A DNA stretch of 64,000 nt from Candidatus Eiseniibacteriota bacterium. Lineage in GTDB: Bacteria > Eisenbacteria > RBG-16-71-46. Below are positions 53,855 to 62,454 of this stretch, piece by piece; the stretch's first letter is position 1; each line of letters begins with the position of its first letter. A program made the translations under genes and the position numbers. The stretch is taken from NCBI GenBank assembly GCA_963725865.1, contig CAVSAC010000010.1:608001-672000 (forward strand), written 5' to 3'. The notes below the pieces were generated by a model that worked only from the letters and a program-made list of their open reading frames with translations, had not been told where the DNA came from and did no database searches.

Positions 53855-54493
53855 CTAGGAGCGCCCAAAGCGGAAGTTCTCCGAGCGCGGATCGCCCAGC
53901 CAACCGCGGAGCGAAGGCGCGTTGCGGTCCTTGTCGGTGAGCAGCGGCCCCGCCGACAGCACGGCCGCGTACGCGGACTTCAGTCGTGGATCGCACAGGG
54001 ACCAGTCGAGGTCGTCGGCGAGCGGCGAGATCCCCGCCTCGCACGTCGGGCTGTACTCGCCGCTGCAGAAGTACTCGAGCGTGGTGTCCTTCAGCAGCAG
54101 GGTGCCGTGCGCGAAGCCCGGCGGGACCCAGATCCACTCCCCGTGCGGATCGGTCGGGCCCGCCGGCATGTCGTGCGCGACGATCCGGCCGAGCGTCGGG
54201 GAATCCCGGCGGATGTCGAGTGCGAAGTCGATCAGGTGGCCCGCCACCGCACGCACCAGCTTGCCCATGTAGGGATTCCACTGGAAGTGGAGCCCGCGGA
54301 TGGTGGACGCGCGGGAGAAGCTCTCGTTCGCCTGCACGAACTCGACGCCGGCGAGCGAGGGCACGTCGGGGTGTCCGATGAGATCGCTGCGGCGGAAGGG
54401 CTCGCTGAAGTATCCGCGGTGATCGGGGAAGCGCGCGAAGCGGATGACCTTGATGTCCGGGATCGCCAGTGACGTGATGGAGAGGATCTTCAT
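53855..54493 (-). CDS. rmlC: dTDP-4-dehydrorhamnose 3,5-epimerase
   Basis: DHRGYFSE, RGLHFQ, KLVR, DIRRDSPT and PGFAHG. Confidence 0.9.
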   Translation of the reverse strand: MKILSITSLAIPDIKVIRFARFPDHRGYFSEPFRRSDLIGHPDVPSLAGVEFVQANESFSRASTIRGLHFQWNPYMGKLVRAVAGHLIDFALDIRRDSPTLGRIVAHDMPAGPTDPHGEWIWVPPGFAHGTLLLKDTTLEYFCSGEYSPTCEAGISPLADDLDWSLCDPRLKSAYAAVLSAGPLLTDKDRNAPSLRGWLGDPRSENFRFGRS

Positions 54494-54710
54494 CGGGCTC
54501 GTGGTCTCCCGGCGTGTGCGACCCGGGCACGGGCGTGTCCCGCGCGGGGCCTCCTGCCCTCGCCCGGCGCGCGCGCTGCGCTGCACGCGGCCTGGAACCC
54601 CTGACGGGGACGAGGAACGGCGCAGCCTAGTGGTTTTGTCCGGACCATTCAAGCGCCGCTGGCCGCCGGGCGCCGTGCGGCACGGCGCCGCGCCTCACGG
54701 TGCTCGCTCC

Positions 54711-56270
54711 TCAACCGATCGCGGACACCTCGGGCGCGTCCCACGACACCTCGAGCGTTCCCACCTCGGCCTCGACCGCCGCCAGCACGTCGCCGCGCGC
54801 CACCGACGCCGCCATCGCGTCGTGGTCGCGGTGCAGCGGGCGGTCCACGTCGAGGTGCTCGACCACCTTCCGCACCGCCGCGTGCGCGGCGCGCGTGCCG
54901 CGGCCCTGCGCGTGGTCGCGGAAGTCGAGCGCCTGCGCGGCGGCGATCAGCTCGATGCCCAGCACCGCGCGGGCGTTCTCGAGGATCTGGCGGGTCTTGA
55001 GCGCCGCGTTCATGCCCATGCTGACGAAGTCCTCCTGGTCGGCCGCCGCCGGGATGGACTGGACGTACGACGGCGCCGAGAGCAGGCGCTGCTCCACGAT
55101 CAGCATGTCGGCCGTGTACTGGCTCAGCATGTGGCCGGAGAACATGCCGGCGCCCTGGGTGAGGAACGCGGGCAGTCCGACGCTGAGGGCGGGATTGAGC
55201 AGGCGGTTGAGCCGCCGCTCGCTCAGCACCGAGACCATGGTGACGCTCGCGCCCACGACGTCGAGCGGCAGGCTCACCGGCGTGCCCTGGAAGTTCGCGC
55301 CGGTGTACACGCGGTCCTCCTCGGCCACGAAGATCGGGTTGTCGGCGACGCCGTTCAGCTCGATCTCGAACTGGCGCCGCGTGTACGCGAGCAGGTCGCG
55401 CACCGCTCCGATCACCTGGGGCGTGGAGCGCATGGAGTAGGCGTCCTGCACCTTGGTCTTGACCCGGCCGGTCTGCAGGTCGGAGCCGGCGAACACGCGG
55501 CGCAGGTTCGCGGCGGTGAGCTGCGCGCCCCGGAAGCCGCGCAGCTCGTGCAGCCGCGCCTCGTAGGGCCGCAGGTTGGCGTGCAGCGCCTCGAGCGTCA
55601 TCGCGGCCGCGATCTCGGCCTGCGCCACCCAGCGCTCGATGTCGTGCAGCAGCAGGCAGCCGATGCCGGTGATCAGGTTGGAGCCGTTGATGGCGGCCAG
55701 CCCGTCGCGCGCGTGGAGTCCCGGCGCGACCAGACCGGCCTGCGCCAGTGCATCGGCGGTCGGCAGGCGCTGGCCATCGAGGAAGCACTCGCCCTCGCCC
55801 ATCAGCGAGAGCGCGATCTGGCTCATCGGCGCGAGGTCGCCGCTGGCGCCCACGCTGCCCTTGGAACACACCACCGGCGTCACGCCGCGGTTCAGCATCG
55901 CGACGTAGGCCTGCGGGATCTCGGGCCGGCAGCCCGAGAACCCGCGCGCGTGCACGTTGATGCGCGAGAGCATCGCGGCGCGCACGTGCTCGACCGGGCA
56001 GGGCTCGCCGATGCCGGCGGCGTGGTTGTAGATCAGGTAACGCTGGAACTGCTTCACCTGCTCGTCGGTGAGCACCACTTCGGAGAACTCGCCGATGCCG
56101 GTGTTGACGCCGTACATGATCTCGTGGGCGTCGATCTTCCGCTGCAGCATGCTCCGGCATCTCGCGATGCGATCGAGAGCCTCGGGCCCGAGCGCCACGG
56201 GCTCGCCGTGGCGCGCCACGCGCACCACGTCCTCGATCGAGAGGCCGGAGCCGTTCAGGACGACGGCCAT
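54711..56270 (-). CDS. hutH: MIO-dependent aromatic amino acid ammonia-lyase (histidine ammonia-lyase-like)
   Basis: YGVNTG, GSVGASGDLAP (ASG MIO), QDAYSMR, DNP, NFQG and QED.VSMG. Confidence 0.82.
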   Translation of the reverse strand: MAVVLNGSGLSIEDVVRVARHGEPVALGPEALDRIARCRSMLQRKIDAHEIMYGVNTGIGEFSEVVLTDEQVKQFQRYLIYNHAAGIGEPCPVEHVRAAMLSRINVHARGFSGCRPEIPQAYVAMLNRGVTPVVCSKGSVGASGDLAPMSQIALSLMGEGECFLDGQRLPTADALAQAGLVAPGLHARDGLAAINGSNLITGIGCLLLHDIERWVAQAEIAAAMTLEALHANLRPYEARLHELRGFRGAQLTAANLRRVFAGSDLQTGRVKTKVQDAYSMRSTPQVIGAVRDLLAYTRRQFEIELNGVADNPIFVAEEDRVYTGANFQGTPVSLPLDVVGASVTMVSVLSERRLNRLLNPALSVGLPAFLTQGAGMFSGHMLSQYTADMLIVEQRLLSAPSYVQSIPAAADQEDFVSMGMNAALKTRQILENARAVLGIELIAAAQALDFRDHAQGRGTRAAHAAVRKVVEHLDVDRPLHRDHDAMAASVARGDVLAAVEAEVGTLEVSWDAPEVSAIG

Positions 56271-56357
56271 GATGAACACTCCCTGAATGCGGTCGGGACG
56301 AGGGATCCACTGCGATGGTACGCACACAGCCTACACCCCGAGGACGCGGAAACGCAG

Positions 56358-56385
56358 CGGGCCGGCCCCTTTCGAGACCGGCCCG
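56358..56385 (-). terminator. Putative intrinsic terminator after the S46 peptidase gene
   Basis: CGGGCCGG/CCGGCCCG stem about 20 nt after the stop; weak U-tract. Confidence 0.35.
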
Positions 56386-56403
56386 TGATGCCGCGACGAT
56401 CGT

Positions 56404-58503
56404 CTACTTCGCGGCCCCGGTCGAACCGCCCGACGAGCCGCCCGTCAGCTCGTCGGCCAGCGCGCCCATGTCGTAGATCTTGCGCAGCGCCTCGACCAGC
56501 GCCCGCGAGTCCACCGCCACGCAGCGCGCCTGCTCCTCCGACCAGCCGTAGTCCCACAGGAACGATTGGATGTTCCCGTCGAACACCAGTCCGACGTACT
56601 CGCCGGCGCGATCCAGCACCGGGCTGCCGGAGTTGCCGCCGATGATGTCGTCGGTGGTCACGAAGTCGAGCGGGGTCGTCAGGTCGAGCTTGGACTCGGC
56701 CGCCGCCACCCGCGCCGGCAGGTCGAACGGGTGCCGGTTGTCGAACGAACGCGCGCGGTCGAACAGTCCGTGGAACGTCGTCTTCCACGGCACCTCGGTG
56801 GTCATCTGCGTGTAGCCCGCGACCTTGCCGTACGCGAGCCGCAGCGTGCCGGTGGCGTCCGGGTAGGCGTTCTTGCCGTCGAGCGCGAATCGCGCGCGCG
56901 CGATGCGGCCGCCCTCGAGGGACTCCACGCCCTCGACGTGGTCCTCGTTCCACGCGCGCTGCTCGCGATAGACCGGGTCGATCCGCCGCGCCCACACGAT
57001 CAGCGGGTCGTCCGACGCCTCGACCGCCTTGCGTCCCCCTTCGAGCAGCCGCTTGCGCTCCGCCCGGTCGCCCAGCCGGGTGCCGCCGAGGATCGCGCGG
57101 GCGACCTCGGCGGGTGGACGCCCCGCGAGCGCCACCTTCACCCACGGGTCGTCGGGCCCCAGCTCGTCGAGCGCGGCCTGCAGATGGGCGGCGTAGACGA
57201 ACTCCTCCATCGCGGGGTACACCGGCGCCGGCGACATCAGCTGGAACCTCATCGAAGCCAGGTTGGCGTCGCGGTACTCGCGGAAGCGCTGATCGTTGGG
57301 CTTCTCGACCTCGGCGCTCATGCGCACCAGCGTGTTCGCGAAGTCCACCAGCCGCGAGACGCGGAACGCCTCGCGGTAGAGCTGGGCCTTGCCGCGCTCG
57401 CGCATCGCCTGCTCCGCGGCCGCGATCCGGTCCCACGAAGCGCTGGTCGTCGCCGCGAGCGCCGCGTCCTTCGCCACCCGCGCGCGCAGATCGTCCTCGG
57501 TCGCGCGCTTGTCCGCGGCGAAGCGCGGGTCGCCCAGGATCTCGAGGAATCCGCGCTGGCGCTTGAGGTTGTTCTCGACGCCGCGGATGCCGTTCAGGGT
57601 CTGGCGCGCCTCCTCGCTTCCGCGCGCGGCATACGCGCGGTAGGTCGCCAGCCGCCGCTCGCCGATCCGGATGCGCGCCGGCATCTCGACGTCGCGCTCG
57701 TACTCGAGCTGCGCGACCGTGCGCATGCGGCCGGTGCGGCCGGGGTGCCCGACCACGAACACCAGGTCACCGCCCTGCACGCCCTTCGCGCTCCAGCGGA
57801 TCCAGTGCTCGGGCTTGGCGGGCTGGCCGTTCTCGTAGACGCGGAAGAACGCGAAGTCGAGATCGTGGCGCGGGAACGAGAAGTTGTCCGGGTCGCCGCC
57901 AAAGAACGCGGTCTGCTCCTCGGGCGCGCACACCAGCCGCACGTCCTTGTACGTCTTGTAGCGATAGAGCCAGTACTCGCCGCCCTGGTACAGCTCGACC
58001 GACTCGGTCTTGAGCCCGGTCTTCCGGGTCGACTCCTGCTCGAGCCGCGCCAGCGCCGCTTTGCGCTGCGCGTTCTGCTGCTGGGTCGGCGCTTTGGGGT
58101 CGATCGCGGCGGTCACCTGCGCGGTCACGTCCTCCATCGACCACAGCACCTTGAGCTCGAGGTCGGGGCACGGCAGCTCCTCGCCGCGCGTGCGCGCGAA
58201 GAAGCCCACTTTCACGAAGTCGTGCTGCGGCGAGGACACCTTCGCGAGCTGACCGAGCGCCACGTGGTGGTTCGTGAGCACCAGCCCGTCGGGCGAGACG
58301 AACGCGCCCGAACCGCCGCCGAAGTTCACGGCGGCCTTCTGCACGTGCTCGATCCACTGCGGCGACGGCGTGAACCCGTAGCGCTCCTGCAGCCGCTGCA
58401 GAGGCAGGTGATCGAACGTCCACATGCCTTCGTCGGCGAAGGCGGAGGAGGCGCACGCGCACAGGGCGAGCGCGGCGACGAGGGGGAGCGTCCATCGCGT
58501 CAT
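56404..58503 (-). CDS. S46 family dipeptidyl peptidase (DPP7/DPP11-like)
   Basis: DEGMW, TNHHVA, FGGDPDNF.FPRH, YPDATGTLRL and DIIGGNSGSP. Confidence 0.94.
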   Translation of the reverse strand: MTRWTLPLVAALALCACASSAFADEGMWTFDHLPLQRLQERYGFTPSPQWIEHVQKAAVNFGGGSGAFVSPDGLVLTNHHVALGQLAKVSSPQHDFVKVGFFARTRGEELPCPDLELKVLWSMEDVTAQVTAAIDPKAPTQQQNAQRKAALARLEQESTRKTGLKTESVELYQGGEYWLYRYKTYKDVRLVCAPEEQTAFFGGDPDNFSFPRHDLDFAFFRVYENGQPAKPEHWIRWSAKGVQGGDLVFVVGHPGRTGRMRTVAQLEYERDVEMPARIRIGERRLATYRAYAARGSEEARQTLNGIRGVENNLKRQRGFLEILGDPRFAADKRATEDDLRARVAKDAALAATTSASWDRIAAAEQAMRERGKAQLYREAFRVSRLVDFANTLVRMSAEVEKPNDQRFREYRDANLASMRFQLMSPAPVYPAMEEFVYAAHLQAALDELGPDDPWVKVALAGRPPAEVARAILGGTRLGDRAERKRLLEGGRKAVEASDDPLIVWARRIDPVYREQRAWNEDHVEGVESLEGGRIARARFALDGKNAYPDATGTLRLAYGKVAGYTQMTTEVPWKTTFHGLFDRARSFDNRHPFDLPARVAAAESKLDLTTPLDFVTTDDIIGGNSGSPVLDRAGEYVGLVFDGNIQSFLWDYGWSEEQARCVAVDSRALVEALRKIYDMGALADELTGGSSGGSTGAAK

Positions 58504-58730
58504 GAGGATCCCATCCTGAGGGCGCGCGCGGCGCCCGTCGGTCGGAGGCCGGGCAGAGGTCGGGGTGGCCGAGGTCCACTCCGTCGGGAGGTGTCCCGAG
58601 TATCGTGAGGGCCCACACGGGGGGTCAAAATGCGGGGTACGAGCGCGGTGGTTCGGGCCACCGGCGCGCGCCGGCGCCGGCGTTCCGGGCGGACGCGGAT
58701 CCGCGGATCGGAGGCGATCCTCCGCGCGTC

Positions 58731-60566
58731 TCACGGCAGCAGCACCACGCGGCGCGTCTCCGCGTGCCCCGCCGCCTCGAGCCGCAGCAGGTACACGCCG
58801 GCGCCGAGGCGCCCCCCCGCGGTCCCGCGGCCGTCCCAACGCAGCGCGTGCTCGCCGGCCGCCGCGTGCTCGTCCATCAGCGTCGCCACGCGGCGGCCGC
58901 CCAGGTCGAACACCGAGACCCGCGCGCGTCCCGCGACCGGCAGCCGGAGCGCGAGGCGCAGCGTGCCGCCCGCGGGTGTGAATGGGTCGGGCGCCGGCAC
59001 ACCGAGCCAGCGTGCCTCATCGCGAAGCGTCGGATCGACGCCGAGCGGTGCCTCCGCATGGACGGTCACCATCATCACGTTGTACGGCAGGCAATCGAAC
59101 TCCACCTCGACCCGCGTGCTCCCATTCACGTCGAGCTGGCGCACCACGCGGCCGCCGGTCGCGACGTAGCCGGAGTCGTTGTCCTTCATCACGAACGTCA
59201 GCCGCGCGTGCTGCCAGCGCTCGTTGAAGTAGTTGGTGACCACCGCCAGGAGGTAGGAGCGAGTGGCGTCGTTGGGTCCGGACCATATCAGCGACAGCGA
59301 ATCGAGCGGCGCAAGACTGGTGCCGCCACTGTGGTGCATCGGTCCGGGCAGGATGTCGCTCCCCACCACGCGGAAGATGCGGAACGTGCGCCGCCCGCCG
59401 GAGACCGACTGCAGCCCGAGGTCGAACGGCCGCGCGTTGCGATCGCCGTCGGCGATCGGGTGCACGTGCCCCCAGATCGCGCCGGCGAGCCCGGCGGGCA
59501 GCGGGTGCAGCTGCGAGAGCGCCGCCCCCGGCGCGCCGCCGGCGAGCGTGCCGCCGAAGTCGTAGTGGTACATGAGCAGCGCCGCGTGGCCCTGCTGCAC
59601 CGTCCACAGATCGGCCGCGAGCCACGCCAGTTGATCGGCGGTCATGCTCTGCGCGCCGTAGAGGTCGGTGCGGTAGTGGTCGTACGAGCCGCTGTTGATG
59701 TAGCCCTCCAGGCCGATGACGTGGAGCGGCCCGTAGTCGAACGAGAAGTCCTGGGTGCGACGGGGATCGCCGGACGGCGGCGCGGCGAGGAACGGCCAGC
59801 CGAACTGGCGCCACCAGTTGCGCCGCGAGGTGCCGTCGGCGGGCGCGGTCGCCTGCCAGCCGCCGAGGTCGTGATTGCCCGCGACCAGGAACACCGGCGC
59901 GTCGATGCGCGAGAGCAGCGCCTTGGCGCGCGCCATCTCGAACATGCCGAGGTAGTCCTCGAGTTCGCCCTCGTTCACCAGGTCGCCGGTGTGGAGCACG
60001 AACTCGGGATGGATGAGGTTGAGGTCGCCCGCGACCGCGTCGAAGTCCCCGACCGAGGTGGTGTCGTTCGGATCCCAGCCCGCGTCGCTGGAGAAGGCGC
60101 CCATCGGGATGTGGGTGTCGGAGATCTGCGCAAAGTAGAACTCGTCCGGATAGGCGCTCAGCACCTTCACGCAATGGCGACTGGTGTCGGCCGCCGTGCC
60201 CGTCGAGGTGAGCACCAGGTCGTAGAGCTCCTCGGGCGTGTCGGCCGGGACGGCAAAGGCGAGCTCCCAGCGCGCCCGGCTCGCGACGTAGCCGCCGCCC
60301 GCAGGCACGAGCGGCACGGCGAGCGAGCCGAACACCAGCTCGGCGTTCCACCCGCTGACGCCGGCGGCCGCGTTGGCCCACACGGTGAGCGCCTCGCCCG
60401 GGCGCACGAAGCTCGGCAGGTTGGGCAGCGGGCGCCAGATCACGGTGAGCGTGTCACCGTAGGAGTAGGCGCGCGCCACGGCGGGCAGCGCGAGCACGGA
60501 GAGCGCGAGCGCGAGCAGGGCGGCGCGGCGCGGGAAGACGGACGGAGTGCGGCCGATCGCGGGCAT
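58731..60566 (-). CDS. Secreted metallophosphoesterase with FlgD-Ig-like C-terminal domain
   Basis: SDTH, TGDLV, GNHD and GHVH; C-terminal FDLGGRRVATL...WDGR...GVYLLRL. Confidence 0.85.
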   Translation of the reverse strand: MPAIGRTPSVFPRRAALLALALSVLALPAVARAYSYGDTLTVIWRPLPNLPSFVRPGEALTVWANAAAGVSGWNAELVFGSLAVPLVPAGGGYVASRARWELAFAVPADTPEELYDLVLTSTGTAADTSRHCVKVLSAYPDEFYFAQISDTHIPMGAFSSDAGWDPNDTTSVGDFDAVAGDLNLIHPEFVLHTGDLVNEGELEDYLGMFEMARAKALLSRIDAPVFLVAGNHDLGGWQATAPADGTSRRNWWRQFGWPFLAAPPSGDPRRTQDFSFDYGPLHVIGLEGYINSGSYDHYRTDLYGAQSMTADQLAWLAADLWTVQQGHAALLMYHYDFGGTLAGGAPGAALSQLHPLPAGLAGAIWGHVHPIADGDRNARPFDLGLQSVSGGRRTFRIFRVVGSDILPGPMHHSGGTSLAPLDSLSLIWSGPNDATRSYLLAVVTNYFNERWQHARLTFVMKDNDSGYVATGGRVVRQLDVNGSTRVEVEFDCLPYNVMMVTVHAEAPLGVDPTLRDEARWLGVPAPDPFTPAGGTLRLALRLPVAGRARVSVFDLGGRRVATLMDEHAAAGEHALRWDGRGTAGGRLGAGVYLLRLEAAGHAETRRVVLLP

Positions 60567-60730
60567 GGAGGCTCCTGGGGATCGCCGCGGGAGGCCTGCA
60601 GCATCGGGGAGGATCGCGGGCCCGTCAATGCCCATACGACGGACGCGCCGTCCGGGCGGCCGCATGCGTTCAGTGGGACGCGACGGCGCGCCTCGCGAGC
60701 CGCGGGGCGCGAGGCGGCTGCGAGGCCCGC

Positions 60731-61075
60731 TCAGCCCGCGCGCACGTGGTGGGGCAGCTCGAACGGGATCTCGAGCGAGATCTCCACGAAGCCGGCGTAG
60801 ACGCCGTCGCGGAACCACGGCGACTGGTGGATGAGCTTCTTCACGCCGCGCTTCTCGATGGTGTAGACGTTCGCCCGCCCATTCGCGAGCAACGCCACGA
60901 CCTTCGAGCGCGACGGCTCGGGATGACAGTCCTGCAGCCGGGTGCCGATCAGCGCGCGGCCGCCGTCCTCCGCGAACACCTGCGCCGAGCGCGCGTTCAT
61001 CGCCAGGATGACGCCGTCGCGATCGCACACCGTGATCGCACCGGGGAACTCCTCGATCCACTCGTGTTCGGACAT
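60731..61075 (-). CDS. Stand-alone PAS domain protein
   Basis: AITVCDRDGVILAMN...LIG..LQDCHP motif. Confidence 0.8.
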   Translation of the reverse strand: MSEHEWIEEFPGAITVCDRDGVILAMNARSAQVFAEDGGRALIGTRLQDCHPEPSRSKVVALLANGRANVYTIEKRGVKKLIHQSPWFRDGVYAGFVEISLEIPFELPHHVRAG

Positions 61076-61092
61076 CGAGTCTCCTTGGTGTG

Positions 61093-61147
61093 TGGTGCCG
61101 GGGCCGGGAGTCGAACCCGGACGGGCATGAGTCCAGCGGACTATAAG
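61093..61147 (-). pseudogene. 3' fragment of tRNA-Leu (probable att site)
   Basis: Minus strand reads CTTATAG TCCGC TGGACTCATGCCC GT CCGGG TTCGACT CCCGG CCCCGGC A CCA: long variable arm, T-arm, A73 and CCA. No 5' half (GCCGGGG, D-arm) upstream. Confidence 0.75.
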
Positions 61148-61403
61148 GGCTCGACCGACGGGGGGAGCAGTCGCACCTCGCGGCGGGCCAGGTCCACCGC
61201 GGGACTTCTCGGGCCCACCCGGTCGCCGGTGATCTCGCCCAGAAAGAACACGCTGGTGCGCAGGCTCGGTGATAGCCTGAACACCTCGTCAGTGCATGAG
61301 TCCCGCTCGCTGATCCGCGGGTCCGGTCCTGCGGACAGGACCCACCCACCGCGCCCGACCCGTCCATCCTGATGGGACGACCTTCCCCCAAGGAGACGGA
61401 CTC

Positions 61404-62390
61404 ATGACCTCACGGCATGGGCGCATCGGGCTCACGTTGGGCCTCCTCGCCTTCGCATCCCTTCTCCCCGCCTCAGCCGTTGCGCAAGCGCCACCGTTCC
61501 TGCTCACGTGGGGCTCGCTCGGCAGCGGCAACGGGCAGTTCAACCATCCCGTCGGAGTGGCGGTCGACGCTGCCGGTGACGTCTACGTCTCGGACTCCGA
61601 GAATCACCGCATCCAGAAGTTCACCAGCACGGGCGCCTATCTGACGCAGTGGGGCTCCCAGGGCAACGGCAACGGACAGTTCTTCTTTCCAGAAGGAGTG
61701 GCGACGGACGCCGCCGGCGACGTCTACGTCGTGGACGTGTTCAACAGCCGCGTTCAGAAGTTCACCGGCTCCGGCACGTACCTCACCAAGTGGGGCTCGA
61801 TCGGCAGTGGCAGTGGGCAGTTCTTCAATCCCCGGGGAGTCGCGACCGATGCCGCTGGAAACGTCTACGTCGCGGACGAGACGAACAACCGCATCCAGAA
61901 GTTCACCGGCGCGGGCATCTACCTGACCCAGTGGGGCTCGCTCGGGAGCGGCAACGGGCAGCTCGACCATCCCTCCGGAGTGGCGACGGACGCCGCGGGC
62001 GACGTCTACGTCACGGAGTGGGGCAACCACCGCGTCCAGAAGTTCACCAGTACGGGCACCTACATCACCCAGTGGGGCTCGCTGGGCAGCGGCGACGGAC
62101 AGTTCTTCGTTCCCTCGGGGCTGGCGACCGACGCCGCCGGCAACGTCTACGTCGCGGACGAGACCAACGACAACATCCAGGAGTTCACGCACACGGGCGC
62201 CTACCTGACGCAGTGGGGCTCCCCGGGCAGCGGCGACGGGCAGTTCGAACAGGCCTCTGGAGTGGCGATCGACGCCGCCGGCGACGTCTACGTCGTGGAC
62301 GTCGTCACCCACCGAATTCAGAAGTTCGGTTCAGTGCTGACTCCGACGAACGCCACGACCTGGGGGCGTCTCAAGAGTCTTTATCGCTAG
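61404..62390 (+). CDS. Secreted six-bladed NHL-repeat beta-propeller ending in TWGRLKSLYR
   Basis: Signal peptide and six 47-aa repeats WGSxGSGxGQFxxPxGVAxDAAGxVYVxDxxNxRIQKF. Confidence 0.92.
   Translation: MTSRHGRIGLTLGLLAFASLLPASAVAQAPPFLLTWGSLGSGNGQFNHPVGVAVDAAGDVYVSDSENHRIQKFTSTGAYLTQWGSQGNGNGQFFFPEGVATDAAGDVYVVDVFNSRVQKFTGSGTYLTKWGSIGSGSGQFFNPRGVATDAAGNVYVADETNNRIQKFTGAGIYLTQWGSLGSGNGQLDHPSGVATDAAGDVYVTEWGNHRVQKFTSTGTYITQWGSLGSGDGQFFVPSGLATDAAGNVYVADETNDNIQEFTHTGAYLTQWGSPGSGDGQFEQASGVAIDAAGDVYVVDVVTHRIQKFGSVLTPTNATTWGRLKSLYR
61509..62328 (+). repeat. 141-bp tandem coding repeat (six units)
   Basis: TGGGGCTC recurs at 61509, 61650, 61791, 61932, 62073 and 62214. Confidence 0.9.
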
Positions 62391-62453
62391 AAAGAAACAG
62401 ATACGGCGGCCGCCAGGGTTCTCTCAGGCGGCCGCCGTATCTGTTTCTTTCTA
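62388..62453. terminator. 27-bp perfect inverted repeat, probable bidirectional terminator
   Basis: TAGAAAGAAACAGATACGGCGGCCGCC (62388-62414), 12-nt loop, then the exact reverse complement (62427-62453). Confidence 0.75.
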
Positions 62454-62454
62454 A

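Noticed and set aside
61093..61147. Functional tRNA (TAT anticodon) or intron-split tRNA
   Set aside because: No 5' acceptor strand or D-arm. The TATAGTCC match to a group I intron element lacks any other intron features.
61509..62328. CRISPR array or DGR template/variable repeat
   Set aside because: The repeats are in-frame 141-bp coding units without spacers; no cas or reverse transcriptase gene in the window.
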